Origin: Paraphysomonas bandaiensis
Lineage: Eukaryota > Protista > Chrysophyceae
Direction of reading: 5' to 3'
Assembly: GCA_965644295.1 (NCBI GenBank)
Contig: CBFFRP010000360.1
Coordinates: 1 to 64,000, forward strand
Length of the DNA stretch: 64,000 nucleotides
In this document: in pieces, positions 9,399 through 23,274 of the stretch
Layout: each line of letters starts with the position of its first letter
How positions within the stretch are numbered: position 1 is the stretch's first letter
Notes under the pieces: generated by a model
Databases searched by the model: none
What the model was told of the DNA's origin: nothing
What the model saw: the letters and a program-made list of their open reading frames with translations, nothing else
Made by a program: the position numbers and the translations under genes

Positions 9399-11960
9399 GG
9401 ATAAGGTTTTTTTGCGGCCCGCCAGGGCCCTCGGCCCTCGCGGGCCCGCGGCCCCCCGCGGGCCCTCTAAAATTAATTTTTTTCAGTTTTTGCCTCCTGA
9501 AGATTTTGATTTGTTATATTATTTCAGTTATTGTCTTTTAAAGATTTCGAGTTTTGAAAAAACTAATGTGATTAGTTTTTAATTTCGACTTTTTGAAAAC
9601 TTAATACAAATTCATTAATAATTTTGTCATCAAGCAGGCGATTAATAATGCATGATTCTAATTCAGAAGAATCAGGGAGAAAAGATAGTTGTAATAGCGA
9701 TGATCTCCCTACAACTTTTCAGTGGGAAGGTTTCAGATACACTATCAAGCAGAGGAAGAGGCTTCAAGATGGTTCGGTATAATATATTCTCTATCAGTAA
9801 GCCACTGATCCATATATTTAGGAAATTTGAAGGGTTATTATCGGTGCTCAAAACACCGGAAAGGAAGAACATGTGGCTGTCCAGCTAAATTGACAATTCT
9901 TGTTCACGAGCAAGCAGAAGAATCTGATGAAAAACTGATAATTTCAAAGGGGAAAGAGGAGCACAAATGTGGTGCCGCCATCTTTATATTGCCTTCAGAT
10001 TCACCAACATCTGATGATAATTCCAAGGAGAGGTCGTCGTTTTGTAAAGGTGTATATGACGCAAGTGGTGAAATGAAACAACTTTGTGAAGCAATGGCGT
10101 TGAAAGATGTTTCGAAGTCCTCCATTGCGATTGCAAATGAAGTTGCGGAAACAACGCGAGCGAAATATAAGCAGCTCGGTGAGAAAATTGATATTTTTTT
10201 CTTTTTGCTGTTTTCACTTCATTTTCTTTTGCTTATTTCGGTAGGAATGCCATATAGATATCTCGAAACGTCGAAACTCAAAGCTTTGGTGTATCAGTGT
10301 AGACGTTTAGAGTTCAATGATTGGGAAGGAATTATATCGTCGTATCCGCTTGTGAACTGTGCTGATGACGACGAGAGACTATTTTTACAGTTCAATACTT
10401 CAATCAATGTTAGCAATCAGATGCAGAAGATAATTGGCTTTGCACATCCTGATTTAATCAATATTGTAAAGGGTGGTCCGGTCCATCTGTTTATAGACTG
10501 TACTTTTAAATGTGTGCCAAAGGGATTTTCTCAGTGTCTAGTAATTATGATATATGACTACGCCTCGTCCCTATACATTCCTGTATTTTATATATTGCTG
10601 CAATCGAAGTTTGAAGAAGTGTATTCCATGGCTCTTTATTTGAGTAAGGCCTCAACAGATTTCATGATGGAGATCATCAATGGCTCAGTGGATTTCGAGA
10701 AGGGTCTGATGAATGCTATCAAACGGAACTTTGAGGGCAAGCCTGTAACTGGATGCGCGTTTCACTGGAAGCAAGCAATCCGTAGGAAATTGTTCAGCCT
10801 GGGTATTCCCGATGAGGTGATTACGCCATTGATGAATAAAACTGGTCTCATCAACATTCTATTAACAATTCCTATTGAAGATATTGAGCCTAAAGGGATA
10901 CCATATGTGCGCCAACATTTTGACGAAGGTGTTCACCGAGCCAAGTTTGACATATTCTGGAAATACTTCGTGAAGACCTGGATGCTCTCGTACGATCCTA
11001 ATGATTGGAATGTGCATGGCATTGTAACAGACGAGTCATCAACATCCCGCTTGATTAATAGAACCAACAATCCACTGGAAAGGTTTAACAGAAAGCTGAA
11101 CGAGGCTTTTCCCACTGCGCATCCTTCCGTGGTGTTATATGTGAGTACTATTCGGAAGCTAAGTCAAGAATACGTCGAACTTCGAAACAAAATTCTCAGG
11201 GGTCATGCATCCCGGCCGAAACATCTGCCATTCCAGCAATTCACATTGCCAGAGGACTACGCTGCATTTGAAATGGACAGGTCAGTCCAAAGGACTAAGT
11301 TTGCGCAGCTCAACCAATACAAGTTTTTGATTGGGAAGAGCCACTATGATCCTGAGGATGGGTGCATGTACGAGGTGGTGAGAGTTGGATTTTACGAGGG
11401 GTCCATCGTTGGCTATCGCGAGCAGTGCCGACTGCAGAATGGATATGTTGTCGATGTACCCACTGATGATTGTATTTCAATTGAGGAGATAGTGAAATAC
11501 ACTGGATGTGGCAAGGAGTCTACAGTGACAGCCGAAGACTGTGCTTTCACCGAGGAGATTGAGACATGCTGTGTTGCCGCCGGCAGGGCTCAGACCGGCG
11601 CCAAACGCCGGAATAGGGCCGGTGGGGCCGGCCCCGGCGTTGTTTAGGGGCGGGGGCCTGGGGGCAGTGGACGCCGGCTCGTAGAGTCGAAGCGTGGGGA
11701 GCCCCCAGCTCCGAAAAATGTTTTGGTATAAAGTTGCTCTTGCTTAAGATATTAATAACTCTTGCTAAATTTGACCCTTTGCTTTGTGCGTAATACTGCC
11801 CTTTGCTTTGTGCGTTATTGTTGCTTGTGGTTGTAGTGTGTGTTGTGTGTGTTTTTAATTAAGAATTATTGTTATTATTGTTAGTTGTAGTAGAGGGCCA
11901 AATGCGGGCCGAGGGCCCTAGCGGGCCGAGGGCCAAAAAGGGCCAAAATTAAATTTTTCC
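9399..11960 (+). mobile_element. Mutator-like (MULE) DNA transposon, apparently full length
   Basis: Imperfect GGCCC-rich TIRs (left GGATAAGG...GGCCCGCCAGGGCCCTCGGCCC; right GGGCCGAGGGCCCTAGCGGGCC...TTTTTCC). Flanking direct repeat ATGTGTA(G) at 9392-9399 and 11961-11968. Encodes a MULE transposase. Confidence 0.85.
9648..11647 (+). CDS. MULE transposase with N-terminal FLYWCH/WRKY-like zinc finger; probably two introns
   Basis: FQWEGFRY...YYRCSKHRKGRTCGCPAKL...H-x-C finger; LFIDCTFK (first D), VDFEKG (second D), GCAFHW (CxxH), RTNNPLERFN (catalytic E). Introns at ~9777-9821 and an in-frame 66-nt intron at 10179-10244. Confidence 0.9.
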
Positions 11961-12356
11961 ATGTGTAGCTATAGGCCTCTAATGCGTAGCTATAATATAG
12001 CCATTACCTTTAATGATTACCAGGCCCTGAGCTATATGCGAGTACAATTCATGACTAGGTTTAATACTATAATTGACTGGGTTGAGTCATTTATTGCTTT
12101 GACTAGTTTTTTACACCGAAAATGGTATGACTAGGAAATTCAACCAAATTGACTAGGTTGAATGATATATCTCTTTGCCTATTCAGTTTTGCACACACAT
12201 TTAGTTCTATGTACAAGAGAAGGCGGCGCACCTCAATCAGTAATAATGCATAACCAAACCCCTTACGGCCTATTCTTTAGCATACAGAAGATTACATTCG
12301 TAATAGTGAAAGCATATCCCACTACTGTAACTCACAATAGTTTCCAGTGTAGAGGT

Positions 12357-12372
12357 GGTGTTAATAAACACC
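12357..12372 (-). promoter_or_regulatory. Histone mRNA 3' stem-loop (H3 copy 1)
   Basis: Sense strand GGTGTT-TATT-AACACC, with an A-rich 5' flank and ACC 3' flank, ~28 nt after the stop codon. Confidence 0.85.
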
Positions 12373-12400
12373 TATTTTTGTTTTGCTGAGAGCGAAATAT

Positions 12401-12820
<420 letters not shown>

Positions 12821-12999
12821 TTAGTGTGTGCGTCTGTTGGTTCTTGAAATCTGACTCGACTCTTCATTTGAATCCCAACACTCGCACACCACACTCCCCT
12901 CCTGTCGCTTCAAGATACTTTGCATCTCGGCGACATAAAAAAATACAATTTTTCAGTTTTGAAGATGCTTTTTTTATTTCCTCTTTCATTGGACAGTGT

Positions 13000-13013
13000 C
13001 TGTTGAAGATACG
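13000..13013 (+). promoter_or_regulatory. Candidate histone promoter element CTGTTGAAGATACG
   Basis: Exact 14-mer also lies upstream of H1 (24352-24365, minus strand) and in the duplicated arm (26663-26676), in the same orientation and ~105-110 nt before the ATG. Confidence 0.6.
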
Positions 13014-13094
13014 ATGAGTCAGTTGAGGGGGTTGGATGTGTGTGTTGAGATTTGAAAAGTTGATGGGAGCATAATTAAAGTGTGAGTTGAGTGA

Positions 13095-13430
<336 letters not shown>

Positions 13431-13458
13431 GCGCTGCCTCTGTGCTACAAGCAAAATA

Positions 13459-13474
13459 GGTGTTTTTCAACACC
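13459..13474 (+). promoter_or_regulatory. Histone mRNA 3' stem-loop (H4 copy 1)
   Basis: AAAATA-GGTGTT-TTTC-AACACC-ACAT: 6-bp stem with a UUUC loop. Confidence 0.9.
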
Positions 13475-13882
13475 ACATATCATGGAGATGTTATCAGGCT
13501 TTTGATATATGGATTCATTGCAAGTAACTGTTTCATGGAATCAGACAATTAATTAGAAGTTGACTCCATGTTGTACATATGTATGCAGTATATAATAGCA
13601 GCGAGTTTATTATATAAAACATTGATGATCTATAGCTTAACACAGTGAGGGAGTTGCGCAGTTTGATTCTGAGTAGACAATAATGCATGACTTGAACACA
13701 ACGGGAAACCAAATGGTAGGCACATGTAATGCAATATGTATGTGGTCTATATGATGTGGATAGTGTATAGAGATGCATAGTAACTCCTAGTAGTCAATAT
13801 GGTATATCACTTAACGGAGAGAATATTACCTGCTTATTGGTGATATTGTTGAACGGGTTTTTAAATCAATGCAATAAATTGA

Positions 13883-14130
<248 letters not shown>

Positions 14131-14876
14131 ATCAATCTGTATCCAGAATGGGTATTGCTATTATGAAGCAGAGTAAAGAAGAAGTAGTGTAGGTTGTAGT
14201 ATGGTGAGAGGTATAGATGTACAGTAACTCTTAGTAGTCGTACCGAAAGTATTATCAGCACAAAAAACATGAGTCATCACTCTATTATTGCGTTAATACG
14301 AATGTTAACCACACATTACTGAACAGTCTAGTATCTACTAGATAAGGTATTACAATTAAAGGAGTCAAGGCAACGTCGCAAGAGTTGTTCCAACGAACTA
14401 GTTTGAAAGAATACTGACCTTGTAATCATAGTGACTACACCTAGCTAAAGCTTGAATATTTTGCTGCTGATAAGTGGTATTGCGCATTGCGCTAGTTTTT
14501 ACACTTTACCATATACACAATACCACTCCACAGTACATCCGGAATATATTATATTATTCATTGTTCACCATTGAGTGTGACAAAGCAAATAACAAGGGTA
14601 AGGATAGCACAGTGGAAGGCCAAGTTTGCTCATGAGATACGATGAGCATCTCCAACAGAGTCCTGGTTCACCCTTTACCAGTTCACCAATTGCACACTGT
14701 TAACTCTCTTCAATTGCATAACTACACGCTATTTTTGTACCAATGTAACAGTAACTTTATGTAAAAATATTTCCAGAAAATTTGTAATCATTGTTGTTGG
14801 GAAAAAACACTCGTTACGTATATCACAATAGGGGTACACTTCTTGAAAAGTATCTGAATACATAAATACTACAATG

Positions 14877-17249
14877 TTACAGATCATTATGGTCAATAGC
14901 CCTACTACTTTTACTATCCTCTCTAAACATTACATCCCATATAGAATAGCATTTTAGCAATTCATCACATGTATCTCCTGTAGGAGAGAATATCGCTCCT
15001 CGCCCCCCACATTCAGCCTCCAATTCTGTGCGAACATCCCCGTAGTTATCTTGACTAACTACGGAACTACTTATAGATATTGATGGAAATTTGGGATTAC
15101 GAGTTTGGTGCCAGTAGTCTGTTATAAAAATAAAATTTGAAGTCTAAACACTCATTCACGTATTCACCTTTCGGATAGTATACTAGGTCTCCAGCATTCA
15201 CTGTGACTTGGATACAATTCGCCTACAAATTAACGTCACATATAATACAAACAATAAAATAAGATACAGATATACCTGTCTAAACAAGGGGTAAGAGTCG
15301 TAGTCTGGGTGGAAAGCGTCCACTACACCAGCATCATACATATACGTCATCTGAGTAGGGGCGCATAAGTGCCATACTTTTGACCCAGTAATTTGTATCT
15401 GAAAATCATATACTTAAAATAATAGAAATACTGGCATGCAAACGCCAGAGTCACAACTCAGACTAAACAATATGGATATACTGACTGTACAACCTGCCAA
15501 GATCCCGTTCTTAGAGTGTCTGCGTGATTAAACATGCCCGAATCCTCTGCCCCTAAGTAGAAGAGTATATTACTCAATAATATCTATACCATAAAAATAC
15601 ATATATCAGTGCTTAATATGACCTATGAGAAGCATCTTCCAATGAGTTTTAATAAAGAAATCTGAAACTGAATGGATGTTCTTCATACACATATTCAACC
15701 ACACCCTAGAAAGTGAACATTAAAATCCCAAGTACTCGTGCTTACAAATAAATATATAAATAAAATACAACTTATACGATTATTTCAACAGTTAGTGAAA
15801 TAATTATAACGCAAACCTGTCATCTAGAATGGGAGGAATCATAAAACCGCTACCACGAATGAGGTCTTCATACGATTGTGCATCAATATTCCAGTGAGCA
15901 TACGGTCCTGCACAATGAGAAAGTCACCTATGATTCGAACATGCATACTCTAGAGCTTTACCATGTTTTCGAACTCTTACACGACTTCCAGACGTAGAAC
16001 TCCGAGCTGAGATATAAATCAGTGCATATAAACACACTTCACAATTATACTTTTCATTTCTTCAATTGAATGCCTTCTGAGCAGACTCAAGCTATCTCTG
16101 AGAGGAATATATTGTGGCTGCACCCTAGCGAAGGCTGTAGCATTATAATTAACCCGAAATCAATTTGATTGCATGACTATATATTACATAGCATTGTATA
16201 CACGTACTACTGTTCTTACTCATGCTAAAAGGATAATAGTCGGATATATAGTCACCGTAGGCTGAAGTGATATTGTCAAGGGAAAACATTCGTATTCTAC
16301 GTTCGATCCTAGAATAAAGAGTTATAATTGTAGAGTCATTTAGTAGTCTATACAGGGTACCTGGAACGAATTTTAGCATTTGTGGTGTTGGCTCTGATAA
16401 CAAAAGGCTTTTCTGAAAGAAAATGATGATGCATAAATATTTTAAAGTATAAGTATATATAGGTATAGGTGTGCCAGGTATAAAAATGTGAATACAGCAA
16501 AAACAAATAGATATCACACCAACAATTCTAACACCATAAAATAGATGAATTATATACTCGAGTCATTCACATACTCAGTATATTCATTAAAGTCAGTTTG
16601 TCACTCGACATCAGTGCATTCATCGTGAGTTGATGTGGACACATCAAATTATGCTCCTGCTTTGATATGAAAAATAATAGTGAGAAATAATCATAATTGA
16701 CCTGGCCATGAGCTGAAGCTTCCTGAAGACGCCTTTTGTATCGTCTTACTTCTTCAATATTATCTATCGCAACCTATATTTCTAAAATATATTCTTAAAT
16801 AGAATAGTTTGGTACCTGATATCGCGAATCTATTCGTAGGGCTTCTAAAAAGTGCAGTTCTGCATCATCATAATTTCCCTATAAAACAATCAAATCTATG
16901 TATAAGCTATTCACAAGTGGTTACATCTCTCATTTCCGTTACTCCCAAATCATTCCAGTAGAGCGCTTCATTCGGTTCTAACTTCACCACATGCCTTTCA
17001 TCGATATTACAGTTACATATACATATGCGTGTTAGTAACAACCGTAATGTCTGTATTGCTTGTCCTAACTCTCCTCTCTCACTCAATCGTAGAGCAGATG
17101 CATGCAGTGTGTGGGCTGATAAGAGAGCACTGAGCATCCAACACACACTGCACTGCACTGCACGTATACTCACCTGTTGTTTCCGCAGCACAGATACACG
17201 CTAACAGTGACAGTAGCACTGTATAATGCAGGTATAAACTACATGTCAT
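14877..17249 (-). CDS. Signal peptide + TPR + JmjC-type Fe/2-oxoglutarate oxygenase; many exons
   Basis: N-terminus MTCSLYLHYTVLLSLLACICAAETT; TPR-like KLEPNEALYWNDLGVTEMR; JmjC motifs GMFNHAD...SWQ-IQITGSKVWHL and GDLVYYP.DYWHQT; C-terminus IDHNDL*. Confidence 0.8.
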
Positions 17250-17806
17250 TGGTAACACTATGCAGTGAGCGGTGGTGGTACATGACTGTTACTGGAACAA
17301 CTGCCTGGACGAGTGTGTATATGCACCGTCTCAGTCATGTGCTGCTGTACACTGCTGTGTACACACCCCACTACGACTACTACGACTACACACACATGTA
17401 TATACAGCTGCTGTATGTACCTGGATACAGAATACGTTAACTACACTCTGTTAAGATACTTCTCGAACATTATACAAAAAATCAATTTTCTATTAAAATT
17501 TCAAGGGTTTTTGGACCTAAAAAGTCCTATAGAATATGCATGTGCTATTGCTGTGTATGGTGAGCATAAATTAGGTGCATATGGAGATCCTCGTACGATG
17601 GACTTTCATGCACCCATCTATGCATGTATGTATACAGTAGTATGTACATGTATATATGCATATGCTGGATAGGATACACATGTACATGTCTGTGTATATG
17701 TATGTATATGATATGCATTAAACTGCTAATGCGGAGATTGCTGTCATCTTCACACTGAACACACTACACACAACAATTCCTTATAGTCTTCACATCCACT
17801 GCTCAT

Positions 17807-20568
17807 ATGAGTGAGATTAAGATCCTCGTTATAAGTAAGTTACGTGCATATGGTATGTATGTATAGTCACATGTGTGTGTGTATGTGTGTAGGTTGGAAT
17901 ATGGGAAATGCTCCCCCTGAAAGAAGCTTTGAACAAATGGTTCCTATCAGAGGGGGGGAGTATGATGTGATCGCTCTGGGTCTACAAGAGGCGACATGGA
18001 GTGTGAAGAAGACTAAAGAGGAGTCGGAGACCAGTGCTGAGGCTCAGTGCGTACGACAGCTGCTGGCTGCGGTTAAAGATATATTAGATGATGATTTCTT
18101 TATGGTAGAGCACTGTCTTTGTGTCAGATCGTTGGGTGAAATTCTCATCACTGGCTAATGTTGCAGGTGGCACATAACAAACGTGGTCAGATGCAGCAGT
18201 TAGTGTATGGGCGTCAGTCAATGAAATCGCGCATATCGAAAGTGGAAAAAATTGCTGAAAATACTGGATTTTTTCATGTCTTTCCTAATAAGGTATGTAC
18301 CCACTCTTTGGTTATTTGCCCCTGTATTATCTTATGCTTCTATATTGCAAAGGGTGGTCTTCGCGTATCGATGATGGTGGACTCGACGAATATTGCTTTC
18401 ATTTCATGTCACCTGACCGCGCACGAGGGGGCTGATAAGTGTTCCATGAGAAATAGCTCTGTTGAGGAGATTCTTGGGGGAGTCATGACTACTAATGACA
18501 TGCACCACATATTATTCATGGGTATGTATGTCCAGCTAGTGATATGTGTCTTGAATGAGATTTTTTGTACTTACCTATGTAGGGGATATGAACTATCGAT
18601 GTACGTTTGATAAGAAAACCCCCGCAGATCTTGTGATCGAAAAGCAACGTAGAGCAAGTGATACAGGCAAAGTCGAAGTTGCCGCAAAAGCACCTACGAA
18701 ATCGGGCCCTGCAAGCAATGCCTCGGCGAGTGATGTCGATTTAGATTCTATTGTAGACGAGGATGATATTGAGGAACCAATGCCTCAAGCGGATAAAATG
18801 AAGCGGTAAGATTAACTTCGTCGCTTATTGTTTAATAATTTATCTTCTGCGCCTTATAGCGAAATGGAAATGCAACAAATCTACGGAATGATTACCGAAG
18901 AGAACTGGTGAGTCTATTAGGTCTACAGTACTGCTTGTCCTCCTGAAATTTGTCAGCTATATATCGTCATTTATATTGTATTTATGTAATGGTATCAGGG
19001 ACGCGTTAATAGATCTCGATGAACTCACGAGAGAGTTGAAAGACGAGCGTGTATTGGTGGGATACACAGCTTATAAACCAGAATTCCCACCGACATTTAA
19101 GGTATCATTATGTCACATACAATTTTTTGTGACGTATGTAATGTCGAATATGTTTTCAATGCAACACATGTATATGTCTATGAAAGCCATAATTCTGTAA
19201 CCGATTTGTAGCGCATCAGATGCAAAGCGATCAGTAGATTGAATGAGCGCATTGAAGAAACACCACTCGGCAATGCCGCCGAGAAAGCAACTGCAAATGC
19301 TCCCACAAAAACTTTTGACCTTGATATGGAGGGCGGCGAAGAGAGTTTAACTAGGTAATATGGTATTTCACTTTATTCTGGACTAAAGTTCTCTTCAGTT
19401 CATTTTATGACAAAAAACGGCTACCGTCATATACCGACAGAATTTTGTCTACATCCCTACCAGGTAAACTGCTTCATTGTCGAATGAGATGTGTATACCA
19501 TCTGTACCTGTAATTTCAGCCGCGTGGCAAATTTTTACGAATAATTTATATTGTGTATAGCTTTCAAAGGGAAATTGACTTGTGATAGCTTCACGTCGTG
19601 TGAAGACGTCATTACGTCAGACCACAAGCCAGTTATTGGAAAGTTTACTTTGCAAACTACCCGTGGACTTCATGATATCATGGTAAATATATTGAGACTG
19701 TAATGCAATCTACTTTAGTAGTTATTGACGTGTGTTTTGTGACAGGCATATTCGTTGTCTAACACTAACCACTTTGAGCTCCACTACACTACCAATACTC
19801 AGTTCCGTCTTAAGAATTTATCCGTAAGTAAATTCTTGTTGCTTCGACGAATTTGACTTTTTATTATCAGGCTCGGAATCTCTCTGAAATGGACTCCCAG
19901 TTATTTGGTGGCGGGAGTGACCCTTATCTCGTGCTATCTGCGGACCCTGCTGATGTGAGTTCCGATAATGCAACTGACAGCGGTGGAATAATTTACCTAC
20001 GTGTGTTTAGATTCTAATTCCGTCATCGAATGGGAAGCTTAAAACCAAAGCAATTACACACGATTTAAATCCAAAGTGGACTGATAATATTGACTTTAGG
20101 TCTTATGCGTATATATTATACAGTTGTTAGGTTTGTATTTAACATTTTTTTTCTCTAATAGACTAGCTACCAATGACATCGCAGGATTGAGTCGAAATGC
20201 TCATTTTTTCCTGACTGTATGGGATTATGATGTGACCAATGAAGACGATTTAATTGGAACAGCTGTAATTCCACTGGGTGATGTGTTTCAGGTCTTATTG
20301 ATGTTGTAATTTTCTGCGTCGATGTTTTACTCTCCTATAATAGCACTACGCGGATACTTGTGGAAAGGATTACCATTTTTCTATGAATCTTATTCAGCAT
20401 GGCCTTATACAAGGGCAGGTTGAGGGGGATATTGAAGTTAGCTCTTCATCTAGAGAAGTGGTTGGAAGAAAACACAAAAATATAACACTGTATGAGGATT
20501 TGGCCAACAAAAGGGAAAACGCAGCGATGGATCCCAATTCGGCTGGATGTGGATGTATTGTATCCTGA
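17807..20568 (+). CDS. Inositol polyphosphate 5-phosphatase with C-terminal C2 domain and CaaX box; multi-exon
   Basis: Phosphatase motifs WNMG, GLQE, SCHLTAH, GDMNYR, PPTFK, PSYTDRIL and SDHKPV. C2 motifs ARNLSEMD...SDPY, NPKW and VWDYD...DDLIG. Ends GCGCIVS*. Confidence 0.92.
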
Positions 20569-20998
20569 AGTGTACCCATAAATAAAGGTTATTCGCGCTG
20601 TAGTATTGGAAATATATTTTCCGTACAGTGAGGTACATGGCGTGTGATTTTAGCTATAAGCATTGAATACGGTCAATATATGATATAGTGGGAGTTTTGA
20701 TGAATATTGGAGCGGACACCTTGTTCTACACTATGTTACGTTATTGACGCTACAAGTATGTTACCCAAGTAATTAATGGAGAAATGTGGTATTATCAAAT
20801 GTTTAATTTTATAATTAGCATGCACACCGTAACGATTATGAAAACAATATAATATTGACTATTAACATGAATTATGAATTCTATAACTTAATATGTCAGT
20901 AAAAGTAAGTAAATGATCTCTCAAAGTCACAATTTAGTTAAATTGTAATAAAAGTTCCCACTATTCATTCAATTAGTCGTATTCATTGTCGCTCTCGT

Positions 20999-23274
20999 TG
21001 TTGAGTTTTGCCGTTGGAGCAATTAAAAGCTGTAATTCTACCCATCAGTGATGTCTCGTGATGTTGTGAAGAGTCAATGTACAACTGATGAGGTTTTGGT
21101 GGTTGCGTATCCGTCAGTTATGTCTCGTGGTTTGACAAATCAATGTACAGCTTTGAATTGAGAGGGAGTGTTGAGTTTTGCTGTTTGAGCAATTAAAAGC
21201 TGTAATTCTAAGATATTGGAATTATGACGGTTACTGGAGAATACAGTAGTGATGAGCTGTATTATGAGAAGTGATATCATGACGATGTAAGATCGTACTA
21301 GAAATGAGTGGTAGTAGAGATAACGTGATATATTGCTTATTATATTTATTATAATCTTCTCTCATCTTAACTTGATTCATGAGTGAATACTCGTCCAGTT
21401 AACTTACTAATCATCCAATTGTGTCATATCTTGACATGGTAGCGCATGGTAGTTGGAAGCAACTGCTGAAGTGTGACCATTGGAGTGTAACTGGACAGAG
21501 AAGCAGGAGTGATACTGCTTTTTGTATAGTAGAAACATATATAGGATATAAAACCAGTATTATTTTTGAAAATCGGTGTTTTTCATACGAACATGACAGA
21601 AAAAGTAGACTGGAAAAGATGACTGCGACTGTGCGTGTATGTTATAGTGGTTGATGAATAGTGTGAGCACGGTGATTCAGTAATGTGTCTGGTTGTGTCG
21701 ATGGGGGTGCGAGTGATCAGGAGTCGTGTCCATTGTGTTATATATGATGAGAGTAGTTCCTCATGAGATAGATGGAGTGCTATCGATGATGAGCTTGAGG
21801 CGGTTGTTGTCAAGAGTGACCCACTGGTTCGAGCTGTTGCAGAGTTCGGCCATCGTATAGTCGATATATCGTATATAGACGTGTATAACCGCCGGCTGTA
21901 CTAAAAACCTCGTTCTTGTGACGACAAGAGAGGTGGGTCTTCATCTACGCCGGCTTCGTGGGGAACACACAATAAGTCTATACGGCGGATGAGATTCCAG
22001 GGAAGAGAATGTCCCTTCGTACTTTGCCAGAGAGTAGTGCGGGTGCTGTATCTAGTGAGACGGCTGTACTATAAAAACCTCGTTTTTGTGATGAAAAAAG
22101 GGGTGGATCTTCATCTACACGCCGGCTTCGGGTGGTGCGCCCAATAAGTCTATACGGCGGATGAGATTCCAGGGAAGAGAATGTCCCTTCGTACTTTGCC
22201 TAGTGATACTGTGTATACTAAGTCTAGTGAGATCAGCGTGAATCGTGTCTGTGAGACTGTACCTGCTGAGTCTAGGGAGACTTGTGTGGTAAGCGTACGG
22301 GTGTTGACTAGTGTGTCCACCCTGGGTGAGGTAAACCTTTATGATGAGGAGATTGTCTATCTATGTGATGACAGTGACTGTATCTAATAACTAACAAAAT
22401 ATGTCTAATTGTAGAGAGACCAAGGCATAATATATTATGCGAAGTTCGTTAATTGCGTTGATTCGCTCCAGTGTGTAAGCATCAGGCTATGTCTGCTGGC
22501 ACGCAGGAACTGATGTGGCTTCGGGGGGGTGTTGGTCGAACTGGGACTTCGATTGTACGAACCCACTCCATTCTTCCTGACAGCCAGAGCACTCGCGACT
22601 TAGCGTTGAAGTTGAATGATGTGGTGTGATTGATCTCAGCGACGAGGATAGGAAATCATACGTGCTAATTATCAGAGACAGAAGATCATTCAGATGTGTT
22701 GTCTATGGTGAGACTTGCTGAAACGTCGGAGTCATACGTCCACCGGTTTGTCCTATGAGGTTTTTGGTGGTTGCGCATCCGTCAGTTATGTCTCGTGATA
22801 TGAAGAGTCTATCTACAGCTTTGAATTGAGAGGGAGTGTTGAGTTTTGCCGTTGGAGCAATTAAAAGCTGTAATTCTACCCATCAGTGATGTCTCGTGAT
22901 GTTGTGAAGAGTCAATGTACAACTGATGAGGTTTTGGTGGTTGCGTATCCGTCAGTTATGTCTCGTGGTTTGACAAATCAATGTACAGCTTTGAATTGAG
23001 AGGGAGTGTTGAGTTTTGCTGTTTGAGCAATTAAAAGCTGTAATTCTAAGATATTGGAATTATGACGGTTACTGGAGAATACAGTAGTGGTTAACTGTAT
23101 TATGAGAAGTGATATCATGACGATGTAAGATCGTACTAGAAATGAGTGGTAGTAGTTATAGCGTGATATATTGCTTATTATATTTATTATAATCTTCTCT
23201 CATCTTAACTTGATTAACGAGTAAATAAACGTCCAGTTATCTTAGTAATCATCCAATTGTGTCATATCTTGACA
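20999..23274 (+). mobile_element. Non-autonomous LTR retrotransposon (TRIM/LARD-like)
   Basis: 438-bp TG...CA LTRs at 20999-21436 and 22837-23274. 5-bp TSD CTCGT (20994-20998, 23275-23279). PBS TGGTAGCGCATGGT at 21437; polypurine tract GAGAGGGAG before the 3' LTR. No gag/pol ORF. Confidence 0.92.

Noticed and set aside
13533-13778. 81-aa ORF conserved in two copies (also 25898-26143)
   Set aside because: Identity is explained by the inverted duplication; no coding features.
21080-21120. CTGATGAG in the LTR suggesting a hammerhead ribozyme (retrozyme)
   Set aside because: No GAAA core or stem II/III arrangement follows. The same applies to CTGACGA at ~127/45903 and CGGATGAG near 48020.
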